Positions 20,042 to 30,383 of a stretch of 64,000 nt of DNA are shown in pieces. Numbering within the stretch: position 1 is the stretch's first letter; each line of letters begins with the position of its first letter. Source of the DNA: Paramoeba atlantica (Eukaryota > Protista > Discosea); the NCBI GenBank assembly GCA_977017575.1, contig CDRNVI010000040.1:310001-374000 (forward strand). Direction: 5' to 3'. The position numbers were made by a program, and so were the translations under genes. Below the pieces are notes generated by a model. It searched no databases, was not told the origin of the DNA, and was given only the letters and a program-made list of their open reading frames with translations.

Positions 20042-21394
20042 ATGAGTGCAATCTCATCCTACAAGGAATTCTGTTTCGTCGCGATATTATCCACTTTCTT
20101 CAAGGTATGCCTGTCCATGATCTGCCATCAACCTTACCTAACGTTTACACAGTTCAGAAAAACTAACCCTTGCACACAATTGCGTATCCATGCAAACTCC
20201 TCAAGCACTTTCATACAACATTGGGTAGACCTTTATCATTCGAATGCTCATATCTTAAAAACATTGTCTTATCATCCTTTTTTTAATACCCCACGCGAAG
20301 GGCTGTGTCACGTGCGTGAGTTTGGTCCAATCACTACTGCACATCAAATAGGCGTTTATCTTGCAGGAGTGATGCAAAGTACCCCATTTTCGCGGATCCA
20401 AGTTCCCCTATGTCAACTGTTCACGGGTATTTTATTACACTTTATTCGGGTATCTTCAACGGCGGCCGCTGAACTACCGTCTTCTGATCCCGCTATTACG
20501 TATTTCGTTCATCCTGTATTTCTAATTGAGTCGATTGTGCAATCCCTTTCCTGTGTTAAACATCTAGGGGTAGTACTTCTTCTCAGCGTGATTTTCTTAA
20601 GTGAGAAGTGCTCTTTGTTCCAAAATGCCGCATGTTCTGTCCTAATTGTCTCTTTGTGTGTCTTTCTAGTTCAATGGGAACCGATGTACTCCGTTTTTCC
20701 TTTAGCTCTCATAAGTTTGATTCTGACTAGGAGTTTTCGAGATGACTCTAAACGATGGAATAGAGTTTTATCTTGGTTGTTGCTTATTCCCGTTACGACA
20801 AGTGCAATTGTAGGACTTCATGAAATGGGACGAATTACAGTTGATTTCACGCCTTCAGTTCTTCCCTACTTTTACCTGTTTCAGTTGTTGGATATCCAGT
20901 ATCGAAGTATCTACGTGTTTCTTATTGTCTCGCTTCCCCTTATCTACACAGTTGGCTTAGCAGCCAGACCGACGGAACTTTCGTCTCGCAGCCAGACTCG
21001 AATAGTTCCCCTGATGGCTGGTGTGCACATGCTTGCAGTGCTTCACAGTGTTTCAGGTATCTCACTCCCTACGCTTTTCTTTGCTATTCTATTGCTTCAA
21101 GCTTCGGATCAAGAAGTGCACAGTAAATTGTCAGATATGTCCGCGTACAGCATTCTCTTTTTGTGTTCTTCCCTACTATGTCATCTTTACTTGCAAGCGT
21201 GGCTTATCCCTCGCAGTACAAATGCAACCGCGCTATTTTATGTCACTTTGTTTGTCCTTGGGTGGTCTTTCTTGTATTTGTCCGAGTTTCTTAAAAGGTC
21301 GTTAGAAGCAAATCGTTCCGCAACAAAAGACGGAGAGTATTTAACCAACATATTTTTTTATCTCCAAGCGTGGTTGTTTCTATTTTACGTCTAA
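20042..21394 (+). CDS. GPI transamidase subunit PIG-U/GAB1-like membrane protein
   Basis: Multi-pass hydrophobic protein; DFTPSVLPYFYLFQLL and AWLIPRSTNATALFY resemble PIG-U LTPNIGLWWYFF and W..GSGNANFFY. Confidence 0.65.
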   Translation: MSAISSYKEFCFVAILSTFFKVCLSMICHQPYLTFTQFRKTNPCTQLRIHANSSSTFIQHWVDLYHSNAHILKTLSYHPFFNTPREGLCHVREFGPITTAHQIGVYLAGVMQSTPFSRIQVPLCQLFTGILLHFIRVSSTAAAELPSSDPAITYFVHPVFLIESIVQSLSCVKHLGVVLLLSVIFLSEKCSLFQNAACSVLIVSLCVFLVQWEPMYSVFPLALISLILTRSFRDDSKRWNRVLSWLLLIPVTTSAIVGLHEMGRITVDFTPSVLPYFYLFQLLDIQYRSIYVFLIVSLPLIYTVGLAARPTELSSRSQTRIVPLMAGVHMLAVLHSVSGISLPTLFFAILLLQASDQEVHSKLSDMSAYSILFLCSSLLCHLYLQAWLIPRSTNATALFYVTLFVLGWSFLYLSEFLKRSLEANRSATKDGEYLTNIFFYLQAWLFLFYV

Positions 21395-21468
21395 TCTCTT
21401 AGATAGCTTACAAATTGTTTTCGTAAGTTATTTTCTCAACATTATCACTTCTACTGTTAGTATTACTT

Positions 21469-22782
21469 ATGACCCACGAGCGTGGCGCGTGCCAGACGGT
21501 AAAGTCCTTACACGCCGGAGAAGAGAAACAGTCTGAGAAAGAATTCACACCCCTGGACGATGAGGAAATCGAATTTCTCAAAAATTATGCGGGCGAAGGC
21601 TATAACCGTGTTACCAAAGACTTGGAAGAGTTTATCAAAAACAAAGTAGCGGATATCAACCGAAAGACAGGAGTGAAAGAAGCGAAGTTGGGTTTAAGTC
21701 CACCTCACTGTTGGGATCTTGTCGGTGACCAACAATTGGCCCAGCGTGCGGGTCTCCAGGTAGCAAGGTGCACAAAAATTATTCAAAACGAAGAGGACAA
21801 AAGCGCCTCGTTGAAATATGTAATTAATATTCGCGAATATGCCAAATACGTAGTGTCACTAGGTGATAAAGTCTCCACCACCGACATAGAAGAAGGCATG
21901 CGAGTCGGCGTTGAAAAGCAAAAATATCAGATCCAAATTCCTCTTCCCCCACGCATCGATGCCTCGGTGACTATGATGCAGATCGAGGAGAAACCTGACG
22001 TAACTTACGCGGATGTTGGAGGCAGCAAAGAACAGATTGAACAAATTCGTGAGGTCGTGGAACTTCCTCTGACTCACCCTGAACGATTCGAAAAGCTTGG
22101 AATTGATCCCCCAAAGGGTGTGCTGCTCTACGGGACCCCGGGGACAGGAAAAACGCTCATGGCCCGTGCCGTCGCGAATCGTACCGATGCCACTTTTATT
22201 CGTGTGATCGGAAGTGAATTAGTGCAAAAATATGTCGGGGAGGGAGCACGTATGATACGTGAGATCTTCCAACTCGCACGCACCAAAAAGGCATGCATTA
22301 TTTTTTTCGATGAGGTCGACGCAATTGGCGGTGCCAGGGGCTCGGATAGTGAGGATAGTGAGGTGCAACGTACCATGCTGGAGATGGTGAATCAAATGGA
22401 TGGATTTGATTCCAAGGGAAATATTAAAGTGATTATGGCTACCAACCGACCGGACACATTAGACCCCGCGCTAACAAGACCGGGTCGAATGGACCGAAAG
22501 ATCGAATTTGCACCACCCGACCTGGAGGGTAGGACACAAATATTTCGCATCCATTGTGGCAGTCTGTCTTGTGAGAAGAATATTCGATTTGATCTTCTGG
22601 CCAGACTGTGTCCGAATGCAACAGGGGCCGACATACGCAGTGTATGTACGGAAGCTGGTATGTTTGCCATTCGGGCTCGTCGGAAAACCATCACAGAAAA
22701 AGATATGATCGAAGCCATTAACAAGGTCATCAAGGGTCAACTGAAATTTTCAGCAACTGGTAAATACATGGTATACAATTGA
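21469..22782 (+). CDS. RPT1: 26S proteasome AAA ATPase Rpt1 (PSMC2)
   Basis: [29 protein letters not shown]-terminal [12 protein letters not shown]. Confidence 0.97.
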   Translation: MTHERGACQTVKSLHAGEEKQSEKEFTPLDDEEIEFLKNYAGEGYNRVTKDLEEFIKNKVADINRKTGVKEAKLGLSPPHCWDLVGDQQLAQRAGLQVARCTKIIQNEEDKSASLKYVINIREYAKYVVSLGDKVSTTDIEEGMRVGVEKQKYQIQIPLPPRIDASVTMMQIEEKPDVTYADVGGSKEQIEQIREVVELPLTHPERFEKLGIDPPKGVLLYGTPGTGKTLMARAVANRTDATFIRVIGSELVQKYVGEGARMIREIFQLARTKKACIIFFDEVDAIGGARGSDSEDSEVQRTMLEMVNQMDGFDSKGNIKVIMATNRPDTLDPALTRPGRMDRKIEFAPPDLEGRTQIFRIHCGSLSCEKNIRFDLLARLCPNATGADIRSVCTEAGMFAIRARRKTITEKDMIEAINKVIKGQLKFSATGKYMVYN

Positions 22783-22789
22783 TTGAATA

Positions 22790-22880
22790 GTCGAAATGTG
22801 TTTACTGCACTCTAGCGTAACCGTACAATTGCGAAAGACCGAGGTGATGATAATTTAAAACGGTCCAAGAATACTGAAGT
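22790..22880 (+). ncRNA. Candidate box C/D snoRNA (5' boundary uncertain)
   Basis: GTGATGA 22844-22850, CTGA 22874-22877, and between them CGGTCCAAGAAT, complementary to a conserved SSU rRNA segment; no clear upstream box C. Confidence 0.3.
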
Positions 22881-23082
22881 TAGTGAATTGGAACTCGCGG
22901 ATATAGTATTGTTATTGTTGTTCGTATGTCTATTCTTGATATATAGTACTAGCTAAATGTACACTACATTATGTTGATGTACATTCGAACAATATATTAC
23001 GTCGATGTGTTGGCACCAATATTTCACTTTTTTGATAAAAAGAAAATCATTATTGTCAAGTTTTTTATTACTTTACTTTTCC

Positions 23083-23445
23083 ATGGCAGAACTGTCGCAC
23101 TCTGACAGTTACTCATCGAATTCTACAGATGACGCGGATTCGAATTGGGAAGAAGGCAATGAACACACTTTAGCTGTAAGTGACGAAGAAGAATGCAATA
23201 ACGGCACGGAGGAGAATTCGGCAACGCACATTGAGCTTACGGGAGAAGATCAGCATCCAACGCGAGCATTATATCAATATATTTTGCGTGATAAACCGAA
23301 CATGCTTCGAACATTGGCTCAGTTTCGAGGTGAACGCGTCCCGGCACTCGAGTATTACAGTGTACGTCGTCAGGACAAGGTTCCGAGACCTGCTCGTGAA
23401 TTTAGAAAACGATCACTTAATACTATTTGGGATCAAAGTGGCTAA
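23083..23445 (+). CDS. Small hypothetical protein with acidic N-terminus
   Basis: ATG 23083 after a pyrimidine tract; same strand as the cluster. Confidence 0.55.
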   Translation: MAELSHSDSYSSNSTDDADSNWEEGNEHTLAVSDEEECNNGTEENSATHIELTGEDQHPTRALYQYILRDKPNMLRTLAQFRGERVPALEYYSVRRQDKVPRPAREFRKRSLNTIWDQSG

Positions 23446-23736
23446 TACATAGAATGTTTTTTGTTTTTGAAGATCGCGTTCGAATGCGATTCCCCAACCT
23501 TTGACGCCAAACTCTTTGAAAAACACGTTTCTCAAAGTCAATCAATCAACACTTTTATCTGTTAATCAAAAAAAGAAAAGCTACAAATAAAAAAATACAA
23601 AAGCTCGGGAAAAAGCGCAGCACTTTCTTAATTATTAAACCTTCATTTTCAAAAACTTATGTCAATATTTTCCCTTCTAAAATTTTAATTTAAATGCCTA
23701 CGCCGTTTCGTGGTTAAGGCGGGGATAACAAGAGAC

Positions 23737-25164
23737 ATGTCGGAAACGTCGTTCACTGGCCTGGGATTATGTCCTGAGCTCACCGCCGCCTGCGACACCG
23801 TGGGGTGGAACCATCCTACTGATATTCAACGACGTACAATGGGCGATATTCTGGCGCGCCGCGATTTAATAGGAGTGGCACAGACAGGGAGCGGAAAAAC
23901 AGGAGCCTATGCATTACCAATATTGCACCACATATTATCCGATAGAGGTAAAGTCAAGAGCTGTGCGCTAGTGCTTGTCCCAACTCGCGAACTTGCGGTT
24001 CAGGTAGGGGAAGAATTCACACGACTAGGGGAGGGCATTGCCCTAAAGGTGTGTGTCGTCTACGGCGGAGTGGATATGGTCCACCAAGCACTACAGCTCA
24101 GTCAACGCCCCCATGTGGTGGTCGCCACTCCCGGTCGGTTGCAAGACCACATAGAAAAGACGAAGGGGTTCCGCCTACACAAGTTTCACTACATTGTAAT
24201 GGACGAGGCCGATCAGATGCTCAATATGGACTACGAAAAACAGCTGACATTTATTATGGAACACCTCCCTCGACAAAGACAAACATTGCTGTTTTCCGCG
24301 ACCATGACCGCTAAAGTGGACAAACTCCACCGAGCCTCCCTCCATGACCCCGTGGTTGTCATGGTCTCTGCATCGAAGTATCAAACCGTGGATTCCCTAC
24401 AGCAGTACTACATGTTCATCCCGTTCTGCTACCGGTACGCCTACCTGCACAACTACCTTAGCTCCCTCCCTCGGGAGGAAAAGGTGATTGTGTTTTGTAA
24501 CACAACTCACCTCGTATTGCGTCTCGCGCACATCCTGCGTATTCTCGGACTCACCGCTCTGCCACTCATGGGAAAAATGTCTCAAAAAGATCGTTTGCTT
24601 TCCCTAGACAAGTTTCGGGACAACGAGGCTATGATACTCGTCTGTACGGATGTCGCGCAACGAGGTTTGGATATTCCGGACGTCCACGTCGTCGTGAATT
24701 TTCAGCTACCCTCGTCGGCAAAAGATTACATCCATCGAGTGGGGCGCACGGCTCGGGTGGGTAGACAAGGCAAGGCGATAACGTGTGTCACACAGTATGA
24801 CGTTGATGACTACCTGAAAATTGAAAACGTATTGGGGCGAAAACTAGAAGAAATTGAAATTTCTAAAGAGGAGGTAATCATAAATTTAGAACGTGTGGAA
24901 GCTGCGGAAAGGGAGGCCGCGACGCGAATCCGAGAGGAGGATGAAATCCGTGCCCTAAATGCAGGGCAAAGCATGAGAAGGGCAAAGCACCGACGAGGTA
25001 GCCAGAACACAATACCAGTGGACAGTCTTATACAGGATCCTGATTCTCAGCGTAGAATGGGCGGGGCTGATCTGCGACAAAGCAGAAGGGAAAATGAACG
25101 CCTTCTTGGAACTTCGCGCCAGAAACAGCGGGTCGTGCTAAGGAAAAAGAAGTCTACTCGTTGA
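23737..25164 (+). CDS. RRP3: DEAD-box RNA helicase RRP3/DDX47
   Basis: AQTGSGKT, PTRELA, TPGRL, DEAD, SAT, YIHRVGRTAR; FSATMTAKVDKLHRASL is typical of the DDX47 group. Confidence 0.9.
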   Translation: MSETSFTGLGLCPELTAACDTVGWNHPTDIQRRTMGDILARRDLIGVAQTGSGKTGAYALPILHHILSDRGKVKSCALVLVPTRELAVQVGEEFTRLGEGIALKVCVVYGGVDMVHQALQLSQRPHVVVATPGRLQDHIEKTKGFRLHKFHYIVMDEADQMLNMDYEKQLTFIMEHLPRQRQTLLFSATMTAKVDKLHRASLHDPVVVMVSASKYQTVDSLQQYYMFIPFCYRYAYLHNYLSSLPREEKVIVFCNTTHLVLRLAHILRILGLTALPLMGKMSQKDRLLSLDKFRDNEAMILVCTDVAQRGLDIPDVHVVVNFQLPSSAKDYIHRVGRTARVGRQGKAITCVTQYDVDDYLKIENVLGRKLEEIEISKEEVIINLERVEAAEREAATRIREEDEIRALNAGQSMRRAKHRRGSQNTIPVDSLIQDPDSQRRMGGADLRQSRRENERLLGTSRQKQRVVLRKKKSTR

Positions 25165-25324
25165 AAGTAAATACTGCATGTAAAAAGATCTGGGTTCCAA
25201 TCTAATGAACCCACACGCTTATAATTATTTCTCGTCTCTTTTCATAAAATTTGGGTACCGACTTACAGGACCTGTCAATATTTTAAGAAAGCTTTGTTTC
25301 TTTCAGAGATTTTTCAGGAATAGA

Positions 25325-25670
25325 TAAACCTATGGACACGAATAGTTCACCCCTTTATTTCTGGCATGAAGGGAGTTATGGGGATTGTGACACCACTTTG
25401 TCGTTCAAAAAATTGAGCTTTGCACGTTTCCGCCATTTTTAGACATCTTCAAAATTAAAAAAAAGAATTTGTTTTTCTCTTTTTTTATCGCCATACCGCA
25501 ATAGCTTGAAAAATCACGTATTTCGCGGCCAGGGGCCGCAAGGGGTTCAACATGAAAAAATAGCGACAAAGCTCTTTTCTAAGGAACAAGATCTCGCGAT
25601 TGCAACATAAATGAGCTAAATCGGATGAACCAAAATTACCAGGGGGGGTGATTTCTGTTCTTGTCACTCA
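25325..25670 (+). mobile_element. Degenerate short MITE of the Tc1 family also at 43543 and 53428
   Basis: TAAACCTATGGACACGAATAGTTCACCCC matches the family TIR, followed by one copy of the internal unit; decayed right end GGGGGGGTGATTTC near 25642. Confidence 0.7.
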
Positions 25671-25797
25671 AGTTTTTTTCTGCAAAATATTTAGAATTTT
25701 CAATTTTTCTTTCACACGAATCTTTCACACTATTCACTAAATAATGAACACTTTAGCTTTTCTATGATTATCATAAAAAAGTATCATTGATATTGCA

Positions 25798-27555
25798 ATG
25801 GAAGATATTTCCGGACGCGACAAGTCAACAAATTTTCTAGAATGCGAAGTTCCATCGCAGCATTATATCTTAGCCTATTTTCCTGGATCTGTCTCCGAAG
25901 CATCGGGCGATAAGGTGTTGGATATGCTGGGTGGCGCACACACAATTAATGAGTGCTTCATAAAAGCCTGTTCTTCGGGGTCAGAAAATATTCCATTGCA
26001 CTTTGATGGGTGTACAACGTCACCCGTTGTATTCGGAGAGCTGTATTCCTCTAATCATTTATGGGTCAGACTAAAAGTGAAGCGCAAAAAGCCCCGAGAC
26101 TTGTCGAATGCAGAGAAAGAAAAGAGTAAATCTCATTCAAATGGCGCTTTCACAGGTATCCCTATCGTGGAAGATCTCAAAATTCGGGGAATTGTGAAAG
26201 GGATGGTGTACTTTGCGAAGTGTGCAGACTTAAGCTTTTTACCGCGAAACCTTTCAAACAAGTCTCCGGAGGTCTCTGAACGCTCTGCGTCAAGCTCAGA
26301 TGTAAGCATCGTGTCTTATCGGAATTTCACTTCATCTCTGGATGAAGAACCACTCTACTTAAAGCCCTACTCATTTATCCAGCAGATTCTGCCATGTAGC
26401 ACTTCATATTCCTACCGATATGAAAATAAAGGGTACGTTCCTGTGCACAGAACTGCACCCCGACTCCCACATTATACGTACAATATGGCAACGAAGGTTA
26501 TTCAGATCTCCGAGTGGGTGACTTCAAAAGAAAAAAGACGTCGGGAAGCTCCTCAAGATTATTCTGACGAAGTACCCTCGGAAGCTCCGCCCATGGAGCT
26601 AGCTGTTCTACGTGACATGTCGGATGATGCAAGGGAAAGGCTTGTTGATCTTCGTAAACATTTCTCCCAGCGACCCATATGGTCGTTATCATCCCTACAG
26701 CGCGTACAGACATCTGAAACCGCACGAAAATTTGTCTTGCGGCACATTGGACTGGTTGCCTACCGGGTAGTGGGCCCGGTTGCATTTCGGACTTGCTACA
26801 TACGACACGGATACGACGTTAGAGACGCTACCAAACGCTATGAGAACGCCCTATGGCAGCCTATTCCTTTTACTCAATCAAGGGATGTTATTCGGAGCAT
26901 TCGAAAAGTTTTTCCGAATTATAGAGCTGCCGCTGAAGTTCGGCCTAAAAAAACTACATATCAACACAAAGTATTACAGAGCCCTATCAACAAAATAGCT
27001 CTTCAAGACACTCCTGTGGAAAAGGATAATCGGCCGAGTTTCGCAATGCTGAACGATGACTTGGCAGTTGAAACCCTAGACCAATATTTTGAAAGTAATA
27101 TGACAGCGGAAGCCATCAACAAGCAAGTTGTAGTTGGTGAGCTATCTTGTACGAGAGTACGAGAGATCTTACTGTCCCAAATTCCACAGGAGATGAATCT
27201 GAAATACGGGTATGTTCTGCCTGCTGCACGGCGCACTATTGGAGCCTACCTTCGTGATGAATTTGTTAACTTTTTGAAAATAAGATTCCCATCCATTGAC
27301 ATAAATTATGGGCTTTCAACTGAGGTAGAAGGATCTACAAGTAAGTTTTCTGACACCTTGGTAGCATCCTCCGCCCCTCCGTTGCCTCCACTGAGTGACA
27401 CAAATGAAAATGGTGATGGTTTGGTTGATCTTCAGGCTGACGACGTTTTGTCTTGGTCTGATGTGTCTATTCTTTCATCACGAAGTTCACGAGATAATGA
27501 ATCTCATTCGTCTATTTTGAGCGATTCTGACAGTATCAACGGAATCGATTTTTAA
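25798..27555 (+). CDS. TFC1: TFIIIC subunit tau95/GTF3C5
   Basis: FPGSV...KVLDMLGG N-terminus; FSQRPIWS, AYRVVGP.AFRTCYIRHGYD in the tau95 DNA-binding domain. Confidence 0.82.
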   Translation: MEDISGRDKSTNFLECEVPSQHYILAYFPGSVSEASGDKVLDMLGGAHTINECFIKACSSGSENIPLHFDGCTTSPVVFGELYSSNHLWVRLKVKRKKPRDLSNAEKEKSKSHSNGAFTGIPIVEDLKIRGIVKGMVYFAKCADLSFLPRNLSNKSPEVSERSASSSDVSIVSYRNFTSSLDEEPLYLKPYSFIQQILPCSTSYSYRYENKGYVPVHRTAPRLPHYTYNMATKVIQISEWVTSKEKRRREAPQDYSDEVPSEAPPMELAVLRDMSDDARERLVDLRKHFSQRPIWSLSSLQRVQTSETARKFVLRHIGLVAYRVVGPVAFRTCYIRHGYDVRDATKRYENALWQPIPFTQSRDVIRSIRKVFPNYRAAAEVRPKKTTYQHKVLQSPINKIALQDTPVEKDNRPSFAMLNDDLAVETLDQYFESNMTAEAINKQVVVGELSCTRVREILLSQIPQEMNLKYGYVLPAARRTIGAYLRDEFVNFLKIRFPSIDINYGLSTEVEGSTSKFSDTLVASSAPPLPPLSDTNENGDGLVDLQADDVLSWSDVSILSSRSSRDNESHSSILSDSDSINGIDF

Positions 27556-27713
27556 CATTCTAATCTGAACGACATTTTTTCATCCTACTCTATTGCATCT
27601 AGATTTATAATGTTAAAATTACGACTGCATGTCGTCTGACTTTTAAGACTGACCTTTTGTTTATTACACTTTTCTCAAAACCTTTAACTGAGCGGCTCAA
27701 CTTAATTCGAAAA

Positions 27714-28718
27714 ATGAAAGGATTTATGCGAAACAAGGTTCTTTCGACTTCAATGGGGACTTATGTGGCTTTTTTGAAGTTTTTTTCATCTACTGTCCGT
27801 TCGCTGAAGACAAGTCCTTACGATTCACCGAGTGTTTGCGAGGAGGAAGTAGAAAAATTTTCCCTCTTGCAAGACAAGTGGTGGAGTCGGACAGGTCCCT
27901 GCGCTTTGTTGCACCAGATGAATCCTGCAAGGGTAGAGTACATATTGAAAGCCGCCGGTGGATCTGTGCGAGGCAAGAAAGTTCTTGACATCGGGTGCGG
28001 CGGTGGGCTTCTTAGCGTAGCAATGAGACGCCTCGGGGCAGTGGTGACAGGAATCGACCCGTGCGAAAACGCTATCCGGGCTGCACAACAATATCAAGAG
28101 GTTCACTCCGACTTACACACTGACTTAACCTTTAGCCGTATAACGCTTGAAGAATTTGTTCAGCAGATGCGGCCAGTCTCGACCATAGATGATTCATCAG
28201 AACACGAAAAAGTGGACGATAATGTAATTAAAATTTCTATACAGGAGCAATTTGATATTGTTCTGCTTTCTGAAGTGATTGAACACGCAGCAAACGTGCG
28301 CAACCTTCTTACTCTAGCCACAAAGCTCGTACGTGATAATGATGACACGCTACATAAGGCAACCAAACAAAGGTGTCAAACCGAAGCAAGCACAGCAGAT
28401 TGTAACACTGGTTCTCTTATTATTACAACGATTAATCGAACGATTCTTTCTAGGGTACTTGCGATATTCATGGCCGAAAATGTCCTGGGTGTTATTCCTC
28501 GAGGGACTCACCAATACGAAAAACTCATATCTCCTAGCGAGGTATCATCTCTTCTTGAATCCCTAAATTTTTATACCATAGATTTATGTGGTATCATTCC
28601 GAGGCCACATCTTTTCCCAGAACCAAGATTAGATTTTTCGTTGTTTCCCTCATGCACATGCGTGAACTATGCGTTGAGTGCAGTTCCAGCGTCACAACGC
28701 CATAGGATCAAACATTGA
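27714..28718 (+). CDS. COQ3: Ubiquinone biosynthesis O-methyltransferase
   Basis: EVEKFSLLQDKWW, LHQMNPARVEY, VLDIGCGGGLLS, SEVIEH, GTHQYEKLISP. Confidence 0.92.
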   Translation: MKGFMRNKVLSTSMGTYVAFLKFFSSTVRSLKTSPYDSPSVCEEEVEKFSLLQDKWWSRTGPCALLHQMNPARVEYILKAAGGSVRGKKVLDIGCGGGLLSVAMRRLGAVVTGIDPCENAIRAAQQYQEVHSDLHTDLTFSRITLEEFVQQMRPVSTIDDSSEHEKVDDNVIKISIQEQFDIVLLSEVIEHAANVRNLLTLATKLVRDNDDTLHKATKQRCQTEASTADCNTGSLIITTINRTILSRVLAIFMAENVLGVIPRGTHQYEKLISPSEVSSLLESLNFYTIDLCGIIPRPHLFPEPRLDFSLFPSCTCVNYALSAVPASQRHRIKH

Positions 28719-28983
28719 GCACGAATAGGTGTTGCAACAGGAACGAATATTTCAGATTTTTTAAAAACCCAATACATTAACAAATACTAACAAGTAAATA
28801 CTAACAAGTACTAACAAGAAACTGCGTTAACAAAAATACATGTAAATTTGTGCACTAACTACAAGTATGTTTGTAAGGATTGGATGTTCGTTTCGACAAT
28901 GTGGCATATTTGTAATCTGGATTATTCGTTAATTGGCTTATTCGTGTGTAATGTAGTAATATGTAGTCTTTAGTAATATCCTT

Positions 28984-30051
28984 ATGCAGACAAGGGTTAC
29001 ATATCGCCGTTTATTACGGTTAGCACACGCCTTAGACCGCACCGAGCTGTTCGAGACTAGCGGAAGTGTGCTTAACCTTGTTCAAAGAAAGAAAACGGAT
29101 TTTTCTCTTATGAAAAGCATCGCGTCAGAATCGGGACAAAATACTGACGTTAATCTAATGTACTGTGAAGCAATGGATCTCATTTTGAGAGAACCATCCA
29201 ATCATCGTGCTCTTACGTCCACCATACACTCTCTTCTTCGAGGATATGGGAATGATCAGAACACGAAATACTTACTACAAGGTGTAGTAATGTACCTTCA
29301 GTTCCTCTCGTACAGAAAGCAGCGAAAGGATGAGGACTCGGAAGTAATTTCCGAGCGTCAAAATCGAGTAATGCAAAAGGCAATGATGCCGTACATAGCC
29401 CGTCTCTTCAATATCTCACGGGATATCTATGAGTCCGCTGACGCCAGCACAAAAACTCAATTGTTGAAATTACCGGAAGTGCTGGTTTTGGACATCAATG
29501 AGGAGCTAGAAAAGCAAACATTGTACCTGGGTGCGACTTTACCTTGGGAGGATGACCCCGAGTTGGTTGCAACATTGGAATGTGAGAATCTCAGAGGGGC
29601 CGCGGCACATGCTGAGGCATACAGCAGAGCGCTACGTATCTTCCATGCCCTCCTTAGCGAGACAGAGCTACACAGGACAAGAGGGACATTTATAGTCGCC
29701 CATGGTCAAACCGGCGCCGTGGCATGTATTCTTGCCGGACTGCTACATGGGCAGGATTACCCCATTCGGAACGTTATTACTTTCGGTGCACCGAAAGCAT
29801 ACGTTTCCCTACATGAGAGAGACCGTGAGTACATGAACTCGATTCGGGTCGTGGCAGTAGGGGATCCTTTGGTGGAGATGCCAGATATAAATACGGAAGG
29901 CAAGTCTTTTATTCATGTGGGGGAGGTGCTGCGTTTGCATAAGCCCGATCCCTCGTTTTCTTTAGATGCCTATCATAATTACCTCGCGGATGAGAATATT
30001 ACACTTTCTTATGAAGAGTACGAAGATGACGGTTCTGCTAACGTATCATAA
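28984..30051 (+). CDS. Class-3 lipase-fold protein, probably catalytically inactive
   Basis: VITFGAPK, RVVAVGDPLVEMP, FIHVG; nucleophile elbow reads AHGQTG with no Ser. Confidence 0.65.
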   Translation: MQTRVTYRRLLRLAHALDRTELFETSGSVLNLVQRKKTDFSLMKSIASESGQNTDVNLMYCEAMDLILREPSNHRALTSTIHSLLRGYGNDQNTKYLLQGVVMYLQFLSYRKQRKDEDSEVISERQNRVMQKAMMPYIARLFNISRDIYESADASTKTQLLKLPEVLVLDINEELEKQTLYLGATLPWEDDPELVATLECENLRGAAAHAEAYSRALRIFHALLSETELHRTRGTFIVAHGQTGAVACILAGLLHGQDYPIRNVITFGAPKAYVSLHERDREYMNSIRVVAVGDPLVEMPDINTEGKSFIHVGEVLRLHKPDPSFSLDAYHNYLADENITLSYEEYEDDGSANVS

Positions 30052-30383
30052 ACACAGAGCATTAAGTAAGGAAAGCTCTTTGATTGTGAAGTGTGAGACT
30101 CAACTCGTATACCACAACGATTTCTACTTGACCTATAAGAATTAGCCAAAACCTTTTCTGGCTTTTGCGGGAGTTGCTTACAGTCACTGCCTCTCGTCTT
30201 TAATCAGGCCCATGTACATGTAGGGGAGAAATTTGGTGCGAAATAATTCCTAGACCCGCGTTGGGGACTTCCTAGGTGCTTCTTATTTGTTGGGGGTTAA
30301 TCTTTACTCCGACGACGCAAATGTTGATATTATCCTATTAAAGTCAAATTAAAAATATATTCTCTTTATACGAAACCTACTGT

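Noticed and set aside
25200-25264. Reverse similarity to the 17509 TA-CAG end
   Set aside because: Short, AT-rich and gapped; not convincing without other copies
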